DNA of 64,000 bases from Chiloscyllium plagiosum (GCF_004010195.1 NC_057719.1:74053657-74117656), one strand, 5' to 3'; numbered from the stretch's first letter, positions 48,197 through 59,938 are shown. Notes: generated by a model not told the origin, from the sequence alone. A program made the numbers and translations.

Positions 48197-48318
48197 CAGA
48201 ACAACCTCGATTATCTGAATGAGACGGGCGGGAAGTGTTTTGTTCGGATAATCTTGAGATCTTGTTTGGATAATCTGAAATTCAGATAATTGACGTTTGG
48301 ATAACCAAGGTTATTCTG
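48197..48318. mobile_element. Tc1/mariner MITE, shorter copy
   Basis: TA|CAGAACAACCTCGATTATC ... GATAACCAAGGTTATTCTG|CA; opposite orientation to the 41960 copy. Confidence 0.82.
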
Positions 48319-48329
48319 CATTAGGTTTT

Positions 48330-48545
48330 AACATTGGCAGCATGCTGCCATGGCCCAATCTGATAACGACCAGATAATGTTTGTGATGTTAGATGAGGGA
48401 TAAGTACAGACCAGAAAGAACTCCCTGTTCATCTTTGGCAAGTGGGACTTTGATCTATTGTCTAGTCTGAAAGACAGTGCTTCCCTGAGTACTGTATAGC
48501 CTTCACATTGTGCTGAAACGTCATTCCGAACTTTGTGCTCATTAT
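48330..48545 (-). mobile_element. DeuSINE-like fragment
   Basis: 'accagataatgtttgtgatgttagatgagggataa', 'tctgaaagacag', 'actttgtgctc'; its 3' end lies at ~47805-47838. Confidence 0.6.
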
Positions 48546-50259
48546 CTTCGCGTTCTGAAAGCACACTGCTGGTGATCCGAGGTTAACTGTGGATTTTATT
48601 TTGAGTTCCACTTTAATCAATGTTTGTGGAAACCATTGCTTCCTACAAAGGTTTTCAATGGCGATTATACTATCAAAGTGCTTTTCTGAATATTTGCTTC
48701 ACAGGTGATCTTTGTTGCAAACCAAAATAATAAATGACAATTGTTGCCAACCTGTTTAAAAGTTTCAGCCTAGAAATGAGTAATTATGTTGAGGGAAAAA
48801 TGGTTGCAGATGCCTTTCAGAATATAGCCCTAGGTCAGTTTCCATTTTCAACACTACAATCCAGGAATTGGATTGTAACGGTTAAAAGGTTAGTTACTTG
48901 CTGCCAAAAAAATAAAAGTTGCTGGTGTACTGTGTGGGTGATGTCACTATATTTTCTGCAACATGACTGAAATCTAAGGCAGAAACATTTGAGGCAAGCC
49001 AGTGCAATGGAGATTTTCAGGACTAATTAGAAAATGTGATTGTTGTCCTTCTGGAGGGCACCTGCTGATTTTGGATAGTTTATTTTAGCCAAGTAAAGTC
49101 ACTTGGCTTCTACAATGCCTCTGGAGGTTCACCACCATGGTTCATCTGAATATATTTTTAATGCACTATACCCAATTCATTGGTTTTGTAATAAAGAAAT
49201 AATTTGGAATGTGCAAAGAGTTCCATTATGGTGCACAAAAATATTAGGTGAAGACTGAATGGCCGCTTGGATTCCAGTGCTGCCTTCATTTAGGCAAAAG
49301 TTGTTGGTTTTGTATGTGCATCAAGTGAGACTTTTGCAAACCGTTCTCACGGTCCAGACCAGCCACAAAAGTTAATATTTTTGAGACAGGCTCTGTAGCA
49401 CTTGGAACCAAGTATTTAAATAATCTGTTCACTAACTAGTATATAACCCAGTCTTTGTTCATTCAGAGAATACACAAGCTTTACATATAATTCCTGTTCA
49501 CTATTTTTCCAATGCTTTTAATTCTTTAAATATTGGAAATCCCTTGCAGCTTTCACAATACTGTACTTGTGTTTTTTGTAAGCCCTCCAAAGTGACGACT
49601 TGTACGTTTGTATTATTGAGAGTTGAATTGGTGAAAACCATAGAATTGCACACCTTTTAACACAATGGCATAAGAAAGAAATAGATGCCTAGACAAAAGA
49701 GATATTGGATGGGATAACTCAAAGCAAAATGCTCAAAAATATCAAGTTTTTATGGCAGGTTATAGAGACAGACAAAGGTTTATCTCTAGACTCTCAGCCA
49801 CAAGCACAGTTGCCATTGTTGTAACAAGAAAGGGGAATGTGTAAAGCACTAAATGCAAGGAGCAGTGAGATTGGAGAGTTGGAAGATTAAAGTAGGGTTT
49901 GTAAAGCTGGAGGAGACTAGATAAATGGAGGTGCAATTTTATTCAAAGCTTGAGATATAGGGCTGAAATTCTAAATTGGGAACAATTGGCAATTGGGATG
50001 GCAAGCCTCGTTAGTGGCGAAGTAGAATAATATACAGGTTAGCAGAATAGAGTTTGAAATGAAATAGAATTAATAGCTGGTGGAAAATGACAGACTGTGC
50101 ATCGAATTCATTTGTTCTGGTGGTAATAATGGCATGAAACATAAACACAGCAGACTGGATGATGTTATAGAAGTTTACGATGTGATCTTTGTGATGGAAG
50201 CTCAGCTTTGGGGTCTTGAGTTGTCAACTGTGACTTAGAACCGTATGATAGAACTACCA

Positions 50260-50649
50260 ACTGAGTTCAAGTCCACTCCAGGACTTGAGCATTTAAATGA
50301 AGTCTAAAGCTCCAATGAAATATTGAAGGAGTGACACACTGTAGAGTGCAGAACTTCAGATGGGATGTTAAACCCAATGTCTTGTCTGCGTGCTTGGCCA
50401 GATCTAAAAGAATCCATGGCATTATTTTGATAAAAAAGCGACAGAATTAACTCCGGTGTCTTGGTGAACATGTTTCCCTAGTCAACATCACAAAATATCA
50501 GATTATCTGGTCATTATCACATCACTGGAGATTGGGTGCAAATGAGCTGCTGAATTTACTACATTACAACAGCAATTAACACTTGGAAAAGTAATTAATT
50601 GGTTATGAGATCTTTCAAGTATTTGGTGGTTGTTAAAATGCTATATATC
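50260..50649 (+). mobile_element. DeuSINE-like element (target of the L1 insertion)
   Basis: B-box 'gagttcaagtccactccaggacttgagca', core 'ttcagatgggatgttaaacc', 'gatctaaaagaatccatggcattatttt', 'cagattatctggtcattatc', 'ctacattacaacag'. Confidence 0.8.
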
Positions 50650-50658
50650 GGAGGATCT

Positions 50659-50670
50659 AAGATGGCGGCG
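50659..50670 (+). promoter_or_regulatory. YY1-like motif at the L1 5' end (internal promoter candidate)
   Basis: AAGATGGCGGCG about 10 nt from the element start. Confidence 0.55.
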
Positions 50671-50826
50671 ATCTGAGAAGATCACACTGCAGAGCTTCGC
50701 ATCGCAGCAGGAGCAGGACGGTCCTTTAACCCACCCAACCCAGGTCATCAGGATTTCTTGGGGCATCGGAAAGAAATCCAAGAAACATTTAAAAATTGAC
50801 TTGCCTGTATTTTCAGCTGTCCAGAA

Positions 50827-51640
50827 ATGCCTAAAAAGGGAGGAGGAGCATCTGAGGCTGGGCCTGCAGCTCAGCCTGCAACAGCCTCAGAGCCGATTAC
50901 TCTCCAGGACCTGGTGAACCAGCTCTCGAAATCTGGCGAGATGTTGGGGAAAGAGATTGAAGAGAAGCTGGCTCCAGTCTCTCTCATGCTGCAGAAGCAT
51001 GAGCAGCAGCTGGGAGACCTGGAGAAGAGGATGGATGAGGTGGAGCACAGGGTCACAGTGGTGGAAGCTGATGCCAGTCCATTCAAGGAAGAGATCCAAG
51101 CCCTGAAGACGCAGGTTCGTAATTTGCATGACCAAGTGGATGATCTTGAAAACGGGCAGGAGAAAAAACATTTGGATCATCGGTCTGCCTGACGGTAAGG
51201 AAGGTGAGCGGCCTGCGGAATTTGTTGAAGATTGGCTTCCGAAATTCCTTGACTTGGAGACTGGTATGAGAGGATTGAAGATAGAGAGGGCTCACCGGGT
51301 CACAGCAAGGAGGTCGGGTCTAGGTCAATGCCCTCGTCCTTTCCTGGTGCGGTACCATCATTACCGGGATAAGGAGAGAGTCATGGAGGCTTCCATACTC
51401 CAGGGGAAGGATCCAAAGGCCCTAATTTACAAGGGGTCTAAGATCATGTTTTTTCAGGACTTTTCGGTGGCAGTGATTCAGAAACGAAAACCATATGATG
51501 GTGTCAAGAGAAGATTGAAAGAGCTTGGGATTCAGTACTCCCTGAGATATCCGGCAGTGCTTCGGATCACCTTAGATGGATCCATGCATCTCTTTGACAT
51601 ATCTGAGAAGGCAGGAGACTTTGTGGACAAACTAACCTAA
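50827..51640 (+). pseudogene. L1 ORF1p (coiled coil, RRM, CTD) with one frameshift near 51150
   Basis: ORF 50827-51192 gives the coiled coil ending 'DQVDDLEN'; ORF 51128-51640 continues 'RRKNIWIIGLP...IERAHRV...PRPFLVRY...IMFFQDFS...YSLRYPAVLRI'. Confidence 0.92.
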
Positions 51641-52207
51641 TTTAAACAATTGTAGAATGTATAAATATTGTTGCTTGAGTATGCCTTTATCATTCCGTAA
51701 AAGAAATGGAGGAAATCTGGTTGGAGCTTTATTTTTCCCCTTTTCTTTCCTCTATTGATAATAATTTGGTTCAAACTATGTCTGGCGGTGGTTAAGATGT
51801 ACATTTTAAATTTCTAAATTAGGACATAGCAAAGGATGGGTGGGGTATTTATTCCCTTTTTTTTAATAAAAGAATTTTTTTTTAAACATATTGATATTCT
51901 ATGGGGTGTTTATTCTTTTTAGCTTGGGCTTGCGATGCGGCTCTCGCTGGGAGAAGTGAAGGTCATTGAGATGGTTAGATGCCTATTTATAGGCAGTTCG
52001 GGATGGGTAGTTGCCCCCTCCGGCCAGGGGGTGAGTTCCCCTACTCAGCGCTACTGGTTTTCTGGTTTTTGTTTTTTATTTTTAATAATTTTGTATGTTT
52101 GTTAAATGTAGTGGTTTTAGTTTATGTAGTTTTTATATTTGGTGGACCATGCGACACTAAGGCTCGGGTTCCTCCTGTCTGGAATTTAAATGTAATTGCA
52201 GAAGATT

Positions 52208-55200
52208 ATGGCTAATGATTTGATTAAATGGTGTACCTGGAATATCAAGGAAAATCAATCACCAATTAAGAGGAAGAAGATACTCTTGAGTCTGAGAAAG
52301 GAGAAGATGGATATTGCTTTGTTACAGGAGACACATTTGGATGACAAGGAGCACCTGAAATTACAGCAGAATGGCTTTGACCGAGTTTGTTTTTCATCAT
52401 TTAATACTAGAAGTAGGGGAGTGGCTATATTGGTAAGGAAAAATCTCTCATTTAAATTGTTGGAATATGTTAAAGACATATACGGAAGGTTGTAATTCTT
52501 AAAGCCTTGATAAATGGGGAAGAATATGACGTTTTAAATGTTTATTGTCCCCCAGCTCATCCTCTTAAATTCTTGGTAGATGCTTTTTCTAAACTGATAA
52601 GTCTCAAGTCTCGGCACATCATTATAGGGGGAGATTTTAACTGCCTCATGGACCCCACAGTAGACAGGTTGTCTAAAGGTCCCTCGATACCCTCTGTACA
52701 AACTAAACAGTTATTGGGTTTGTGTGGGGAATTAGGATTGGTGGACGCCTGAAGGTGTATCCACCCTACAGGTAGGGATTTCACTTTTTTCTCCAATCCG
52801 CACAGATGTCACATGAGGATTGATTTTTTTTTTTTCTGACCCCTGCGGTAACCCTGGATCTGGTGGCATCTTGTGTGATTGGTAATATTGCCATCTCTGA
52901 CCATGCTCCAGTGTACCTCATGGTTAAAATTAAGGATGTTATAGTGGGTTCAAGGTACTGGCGAATGGACCCCTGTATTCTCATGGACAGCAAGTTTGTG
53001 GAGTATTTCTCTAGGGAATTTCGGGCATTCCTAGACATCAACATAGGCTCGGTTGATAGCTCATCTGTTCTCTGGGAAACTGCCAAAGCTTATGCTAGAG
53101 GGTTAGATATTTCATATTCCACCAGTAGGAAGCGGCAGAAGGGTGAGCAGCAACGTCCCCTTGTCGCACGGTTGAAGGCAGCCGAGAAGGCCTATTTTGA
53201 CAGACCCTCGCTGGTCAAATTACAGAGGATTACGGCACTGCGGTCTGCATTAAATTCTGTGCTCACGCAGACGGCAAAGAAGGAGCTGGGTTTTGCAAAG
53301 CAAAGGTTAAACGAGCATGGTGAAAAGCCAGGCAAATACTTAGCATACCTTGCCAGAAAGAGAAGTGCCCCACAAACCATTACAGCGATTAGGGAAGGGC
53401 CTGGGAACCTAACATGTGATTCTAAAAAGATTAATGTGAAGTTCCAGAGATTCTACTCTAAGTTATATCAGTCTGAGAATTGTGAGGAGGGGCAGGCCAA
53501 AATGGAATCCTTTTTTAGAGATCTGAAGCTCCCGGGTGTGACTCACGAACAACAGTCCTTTCTCAATGCCCCATTATCAGAGCAAGAAGTGCAGGAAGCT
53601 GTGAGGCAGCTTCACAGTGGAAAGGCGCCCGGTCCTGATGGACTTCCCAGTGAATTCTATAAGGAATTTATAAGTATACTGTTAGGCCCGATGCTGAATA
53701 TGTTTAATGATTCATACAGTCATGTTTGTCTCCCACCATCTCTGAGAGAGGCCAATATTTCACTTATCCTTAAAAAAGGGAAGGATCCGGAAGACTGTGC
53801 TTCATACAGGCCCATCTCGGTCTTAAATATGGACTTTAAGATCCTCTTTAAGGCTCTTGCGTTAAGGCTGGAGACTGTGTTACCCTCTATTATTAAAGAG
53901 AATCAGATGGGTTTCATAACGGGTCGCAGATCCTCCAATAAGGTTAGGAGGCTGCTTAACGTAATTCAAACATGCCAACAGCAGTCAATACAGGGATTGG
54001 TGATTTCTTTAGATGCAGAGAAGGCATTTGACCGAGTTGGGGGCCGTACCTTTTCTATACTCTAGACCGGTTTGGTCTGGGTGAAGTTGGGTAAAAGTTC
54101 TCTACAGTGTACCTCTCGCCGCAGTCATTACCAATGGGGTACGATCAAGCAATTTTAATATTTCTAGGGGCAGCCGGCAGGGCTGTCCCCTTTCACCATT
54201 ACTTTTTACGTTGGTGATTGAACCATTGGCAGAGGCCATTCGTGGGGATCTCAATNNNNNNNNNNNNNNNNNNNNNNNNNNNNNNNNNNNNNNNNNNNNN
54301 NNNNNNNNNNNNNNNNNNNNNNNNNNNNNNNNNNNNNNNNNNNNNNNNNNNNNNNNNNNNNNNNNNNNNNNNNNNNNNNNNNNNNNNNNNNNNNNNNNNN
54401 NNNNNNNNNNNNNNNNNNNNNNNNNNNNNNNNNNNNNNNNNNNNNNNNNNNNNNNNNNNNNNNNNNNNNNNNNNNNNNNNNNNNNNNNNNNNNNNNNNNN
54501 NNNNNNNNNNNNNNNNNNNNNNNNNNNNNNNNNNNNNNNNNNNNNNNNNNNNNNNNNNNNNNNNNNNNNNNNNNNNNNNNNNNNNNNNNNNNNNNNNNNN
54601 NNNNNNNNNNNNNNNNNNNNNNNNNNNNNNNNNNNNNNNNNNNNNNNNNNNNNNNNNNNNNNNNNNNNNNNNNNNNNTTGCTAAATCAGAGGCTATGCTT
54701 ATGGGTGGTCTTACGAAAGAGTTGGCTCTTGAGAGTGACTATAGATTCCCATTGAGGTGGTCACAGGGGGGTTTCGTGTATTTGGGCATACTCATTACTC
54801 CAGTTCTGGATTGGCTGTTCAAAGCCAATTTTACTCAATTATTTGAAAAAACTAAACAAGATCTCCAAAGATGGGAGGCATTTCCAGTCTCATGGTTGGG
54901 TCGGATAGCGCTTATTAAGATGAATATTCTCCCTCATTTGCTATACTCTCTACGGATGCTCCCCCTGATTTTCAATGAACAAACACTCAGGAGACTGAAC
55001 GGTTGGTTCAGCTCCTTTATCTGGCACTGTAAACGGCCCCTCATTAAATGAGCCAAACTGCAGTTGCCTCACAGATTGGGGGGAATAGACCTTCCGGACA
55101 TTAAAAATTACCAAATAAGCTCGCTTTTGACCTACGTAAGTGATTGAGTTTGTGGGGACCCTCTTTCAATATGGCTAGATATTGAAGTCTCCCAGGCAAG

Positions 55201-56266
55201 GTGCCCCCTTACCAGTTTGCTGTTTTTGGACAAGGTGAGGACAGTTAGGGAATATTGCCATAACCCAATAGTCATCAATACTGTTAAAGCATGGAGGGCA
55301 ATTCAGCAGAGGGAAGGTAATATTGGCAAAACATCTTTGTTTACACCTTTAGAGGATATGCTGGGTTTTCAACCGGGCATGATAGATTCAGGATTTAAAC
55401 GTTGGGCAGCTAGGGCTATATCTTGCATGGGTGATTTATTTGAGGGAGATGTAATGATATCCTTCGATCAGTTAGTACGGAAATACGAGTTACCTAATAG
55501 AGACCTCTTTCGTTTTTTTCAAGCTCGGGATTTTATTCAAAAAAAGACCACACTTTTGACTGATCCCTACAAATCTGACATAGAAAGAGGGGTACTAAGG
55601 GGTTAAGAGTACACTCTGTCAGTACTCTATATCACCAATTGGGGGGTGCCACCTCAGATGATTCTGATCGACTCTGCAAGATGTGGGAAATAGAGCTGGG
55701 TGTTGAAGTTTCTTCAGAGGCATGGGAGGATATTAGGGAGAATGCAAGGAAGACATCAATTTGCAATAGGACCCATGCTTTACAGTTGAAGATTCTCCAC
55801 AGGGTCCACTTAGCCCCAGACCGTTTGTCAAAATTTAAACCAGGGGTATCTTCAGCATGTCCCAAGTGCAAGGTCTGTATGGGTACGCTTATCCATTGTC
55901 TTTGGTCTTGTGACAGGCTTCAAACATATTGGAGCGCTGTGGTGGGTGCAATGGAGAGGATTTTAGGTGTAGGAGTGGAGAAGGACCCTATTTCGCTCCT
56001 TTTGGTCCTACCCATTGTATTTCCTGCAGACTCGCATAAGGAAAAACTTTTCAATATTCTTACATTCTGTGCAAGGAAGAATATCTTGCTAGGTTGGATA
56101 TCAGAAAAACCCCTAGGCCTGTCGGGTTGGCGGAGGATTGTTATGGAGCATATTCCCCTGGATTTTCTCACAAATATGGTACACCACAAAACTGAGAATT
56201 TTTACAAGATATGGTAACTCTTTTTGAAATACCTGGACACAGATTTATCTGCCACACTAATAAGGG
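52208..56266 (+). pseudogene. L1 ORF2p (APE endonuclease, reverse transcriptase, CCHC) with stops, frameshifts and gaps
   Basis: 'WCTWNI', 'LQETHL', 'GGDFN', 'SDHAPV', 'KAPGPDG', 'YRPISVLN', 'SLDAEKAFDRV', 'GSRQGCPLSPLLF', 'CPKC..MGTLIHCLWSC'; stops at 52493, 52750, 55049 and 56215. Confidence 0.95.
54256..54677. other. Assembly gap inside the L1 RT
   Basis: Run of N covering the expected YADD motif. Confidence 1.
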
Positions 56267-57133
56267 NNNNNNNNNNNNNNNNNNNNNNNNNNNNNNNNNN
56301 NNNNNNNNNNNNNNNNNNNNNNNNNNNNNNNNNNNNNNNNNNNNNNNNNNNNNNNNNNNNNNNNNNNNNNNNNNNNNNNNNNNNNNNNNNNNNNNNNNNN
56401 NNNNNNNNNNNNNNNNNNNNNNNNNNNNNNNNNNNNNNNNNNNNNNNNNNNNNNNNNNNNNNNNNNNNNNNNNNNNNNNNNNNNNNNNNNNNNNNNNNNN
56501 NNNNNNNNNNNNNNNNNNNNNNNNNNNNNNNNNNNNNNNNNNNNNNNNNNNNNNNNNNNNNNNNNNNNNNNNNNNNNNNNNNNNNNNNNNNNNNNNNNNN
56601 NNNNNNNNNNNNNNNNNNNNNNNNNNNNNNNNNNNNNNNNNNNNNNNNNNNNNNNNNNNNNNNNNNNNNNNNNNNNNNNNNNNNNNNNNNNNNNNNNNNN
56701 NNNNNNNNNNNNNNNNNNNNNNNNNNNNNNNNNNNNNNNNNNNNNNNNNNNNNNNNNNNNNNNNNNNNNNNNNNNNNNNNNNNNNNNNNNNNNNNNNNNN
56801 NNNNNNNNNNNNNNNNNNNNNNNNNNNNNNNNNNNNNNNNNNNNNNNNNNNNNNNNNNNNNNNNNNNNNNNNNNNNNNNNNNNNNNNNNNNNNNNNNNNN
56901 NNNNNNNNNNNNNNNNNNNNNNNNNNNNNNNNNNNNNNNNNNNNNNNNNNNNNNNNNNNNNNNNNNNNNNNNNNNNNNNNNNNNNNNNNNNNNNNNNNNN
57001 NNNNNNNNNNNNNNNNNNNNNNNNNNNNNNNNNNNNNNNNNNNNNNNNNNNNNNNNNNNNNNNNNNNNNNNNNNNNNNNNNNNNNNNNNNNNNNNNNNNN
57101 NNNNNNNNNNNNNNNNNNNNNNNNNNNNNNNNN
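56267..57133. other. Assembly gap covering the L1 ORF2 end and 3' UTR
   Basis: Run of N. Confidence 1.
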
Positions 57134-57629
57134 CTCTATATATGTTTATACATTCGTATAGGAGGGTGGGTTGGGGAATTCTTTTTATTATTTGGGTTTA
57201 CTTTTGTACTATTTTTGTACTGTTTTGAATTGCATTGTTTTGTATTTGTTGTAATATTTAAAAATCTATTTTTTCTTAATAAAAATATATTATATTAAAA
57301 AATGCTATCTTTCAAATGGAGTATTACGGTTCCAAACAATTGGGATAAGGGAAGGATATAGGTTGTTATTAAAGAACAGAGGTTGATCTAGGCTAAAGTC
57401 TGTGGCTCCATTCTTCCTAGAAATTAGATGTCTGACTAGCATTCTGACAATCTAGAGATAGTGATGTTATTGAAGATGGTTGTAAAAAGATAAAACTGGA
57501 AGAAGTTAGGGATAGGGTTGGGTGAGGCTTCACACACATCTAAAGTTGAGAACAAGATGTCTGAGAAAGAACCTCTCAGATGGATCATTCTCAAATGGAG
57601 ATCCAATCAGTCCTCCCCCAGTCTGAGCT

Positions 57630-58270
57630 AGACGGCTCAGTGAACAATTTCACCTTTACTTTAACTGCTCACCTCCAGATAAAAGGTATTGCCAAGGGTA
57701 CCCAGACAGGTCCTATTCATGCCTGTCTTTGTGTGGGCTATAATTGAACAATCTTTGTTCCAGTCCTATTTGGGCCCATTCCCTCAACTCTGACTTTGCA
57801 GTGCATTCGTGATTGTGTGACTGCTCGTTCCTCTTCTTGCCTGGACCTGGAAAACCTCATCAACCTTGTTTCCAATTATCGTCCCCCTCACCTTGAGATC
57901 TCTGACACTTTCCTTACCTTCCATGACTTCTCTACCTCAATTTCTGGGGGAGCAGTGTTCTTCTGATATTCATTATAAGCCCGCCAACTCTCACATCTAC
58001 CCCAACAACATTTCCTCATACCTTACCTCCTTCAATGACTCCATTCTTTTCTCCCCAATTTGTCTGCCTCATTGCATCTGTTCTGATGATGCACCCTCTC
58101 AGCAAAGCATTTCTGATGTGTCATCCATTTATACTCAGTTAAGAATTCCACAGTGTAATATTGGACAGGGCCTTTAACTGTGTCCATTCATCTTTGTGCC
58201 CCTCTGTTTTCACATCGTCCTCTTCCATTCCAGAACCATGATAAGGATCTCCTTGACCTCAACCACCATT
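57630..58270 (+). pseudogene. Degenerate Penelope-like reverse transcriptase fragment
   Basis: 'NNFTF...LQIKGIAKGTQTGPIHACL', 'SDTFL', 'DIHYKPANSHIY', 'ICSDD' resemble PLE RT motifs (Q.KG.AMG..MGP.YA; YKPTDSH). Confidence 0.75.
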
Positions 58271-59899
58271 CTCTCTTCTGCCCTCATTGTCTGGAAGTGC
58301 TCGCTTTCAGCCTTTGCAGACCTCACTATGTGGCTGGTCCTCGGAAGCAAACTTCAAAAGTGACTGTGTATGGATGTGTTGACAAATTGTTGCAGCTGGA
58401 AATAATTCTAAGTTCTTAGAACTCGCATAGTTTTGTTAAATCTCTGAATCGCCGAAATAGAACTCCAATCCCAAATCCAACTCTTAGCCAAATGAGTGTA
58501 GATCAGAGATGGAAACTTGGGATCTTTGCTACCCTTTATGGCAAGAATTCATTAACTGAAGTCTCTAGGAGTCTCTTTGACTTTTTATCTCACAGTTCAG
58601 TTGTACGCACACTGCATTACCTTTTTTTCTACATTTGTCAAAAATTTAACTAGTAACTCTGTTACCAGAGACCTCGATGTATAAATCAACCTTTGAACTT
58701 TTCAAAATATCTTTCGTATACAGGGGTCAACTTGTATGCAGAGTATAAAATGAGAACTACGAATGTGGGTGGTCATTGTTTAGAATTAGGAGAAAGTAGA
58801 TTAAGTTGGTAATTCGCACTATATTAACGTGATCTTTGTAAAAGGCACTTTTCAGCAGGGGCAAGTAACTCGCAAATCCACAGTCTTCTGGCACAGTCCA
58901 GAAGATGTGTCCCGAGTCATCTTAGCCCCAGCATCATTGTAAGGATCCCACTCTGGATTAGATGTGCTGCTTTAATCACTTTTAGATTAGAATCATCCCT
59001 CCACATCAAAACCATCTTCCTCTGCATCCATTTGGTTTTGATATTCCATATGTTTGAACAATCTGATGACATTTGGTAGTATCTTATGGTTGGAAACCAC
59101 AAAACAACAAGCTGTGCCTGTGTTTTTGTGAATTTCTTCTCTCTAAGCATCCTCTGAGTCAATTCAGCACAAACTTGATTCTTGACTGGCGCATTGACGC
59201 TCCCGCCCAAAGGATGACCTACAGATATTGCAGCCCTTCACATAACTGCAATATGTGGGTGCTTTTTTTTAAAATAAACACCTCTTGATCTTACTGGTTA
59301 TTTCGGATCTAAATGTGTCCCAACTTTGAGTTTACATGGGGGCACCAGCAAATCTGTTCTTTTATTACACAATAAAGTCTAATGCCTACATTTTATCAAT
59401 CTGTGGCCTCTCTTCATCTTCATCCATCCAACCAATGTGGTAACATACATGCAAATTCCTTCAGAGAAATTCATGTTCTTCAGTGCAAAATTATCATGTG
59501 GTTCTGTTGTCTTCTGTTGACCATGTAGGTCCAAACCTATATAAAGCTGCCCTTCTCATGTTGTGTGGCTTTTGCTGGAGCTATTGTCAAACCTTTCCAC
59601 TTCACAGTTTGGCTGCTGGGTACTTCAGGGTTCGTGGCCATTAGATCGATGTTATTGATTTGGCCTCTTATTTTTTTACCACCATGTGGTGATGAATTGC
59701 TAGAAAATGGTAACTTTGGCATCAAGGCTTTCTTTTGCTAGTGTCAGCAATCTTGGTCTTTTCCCGCAAAAGTAAACTGTTATGTTTCAGTAAGTTATGT
59801 TACACCAGCCAGCAATCGGTCTGAAATGTTTTGTAAACTTGTGGGCCGCTAAAGTTCTCACACCTACATCGTACTTCTAGTCATGCCATAATCTTCTGT

Positions 59900-59938
59900 G
59901 ATTCTGATGAAGAGTCACTGGACTTGAAACGTTAACTC
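59900..59938 (+). ncRNA. Minimal hammerhead ribozyme motif
   Basis: GAUU-CUGAUGA-A-GAGUC-ACUG-GACUU-GAAA-CG-UU-AACUC; core intact, helix II paired, helix III palindrome ACGU. Confidence 0.75.

Larger units (their letters stand above)
50650..57298 (+). mobile_element. Near full-length L1-clade non-LTR retrotransposon
   Basis: 5' UTR, ORF1, inter-ORF spacer, ORF2 (EN, RT, CCHC), AATAAA at 57278, short A tail; TSD AAAATGCTAT at 50635-50644 and 57299-57308, preceded by TT. Confidence 0.96.

Noticed and set aside
56211..57228. ORFs of 316 and 334 aa
   Set aside because: Almost entirely N.
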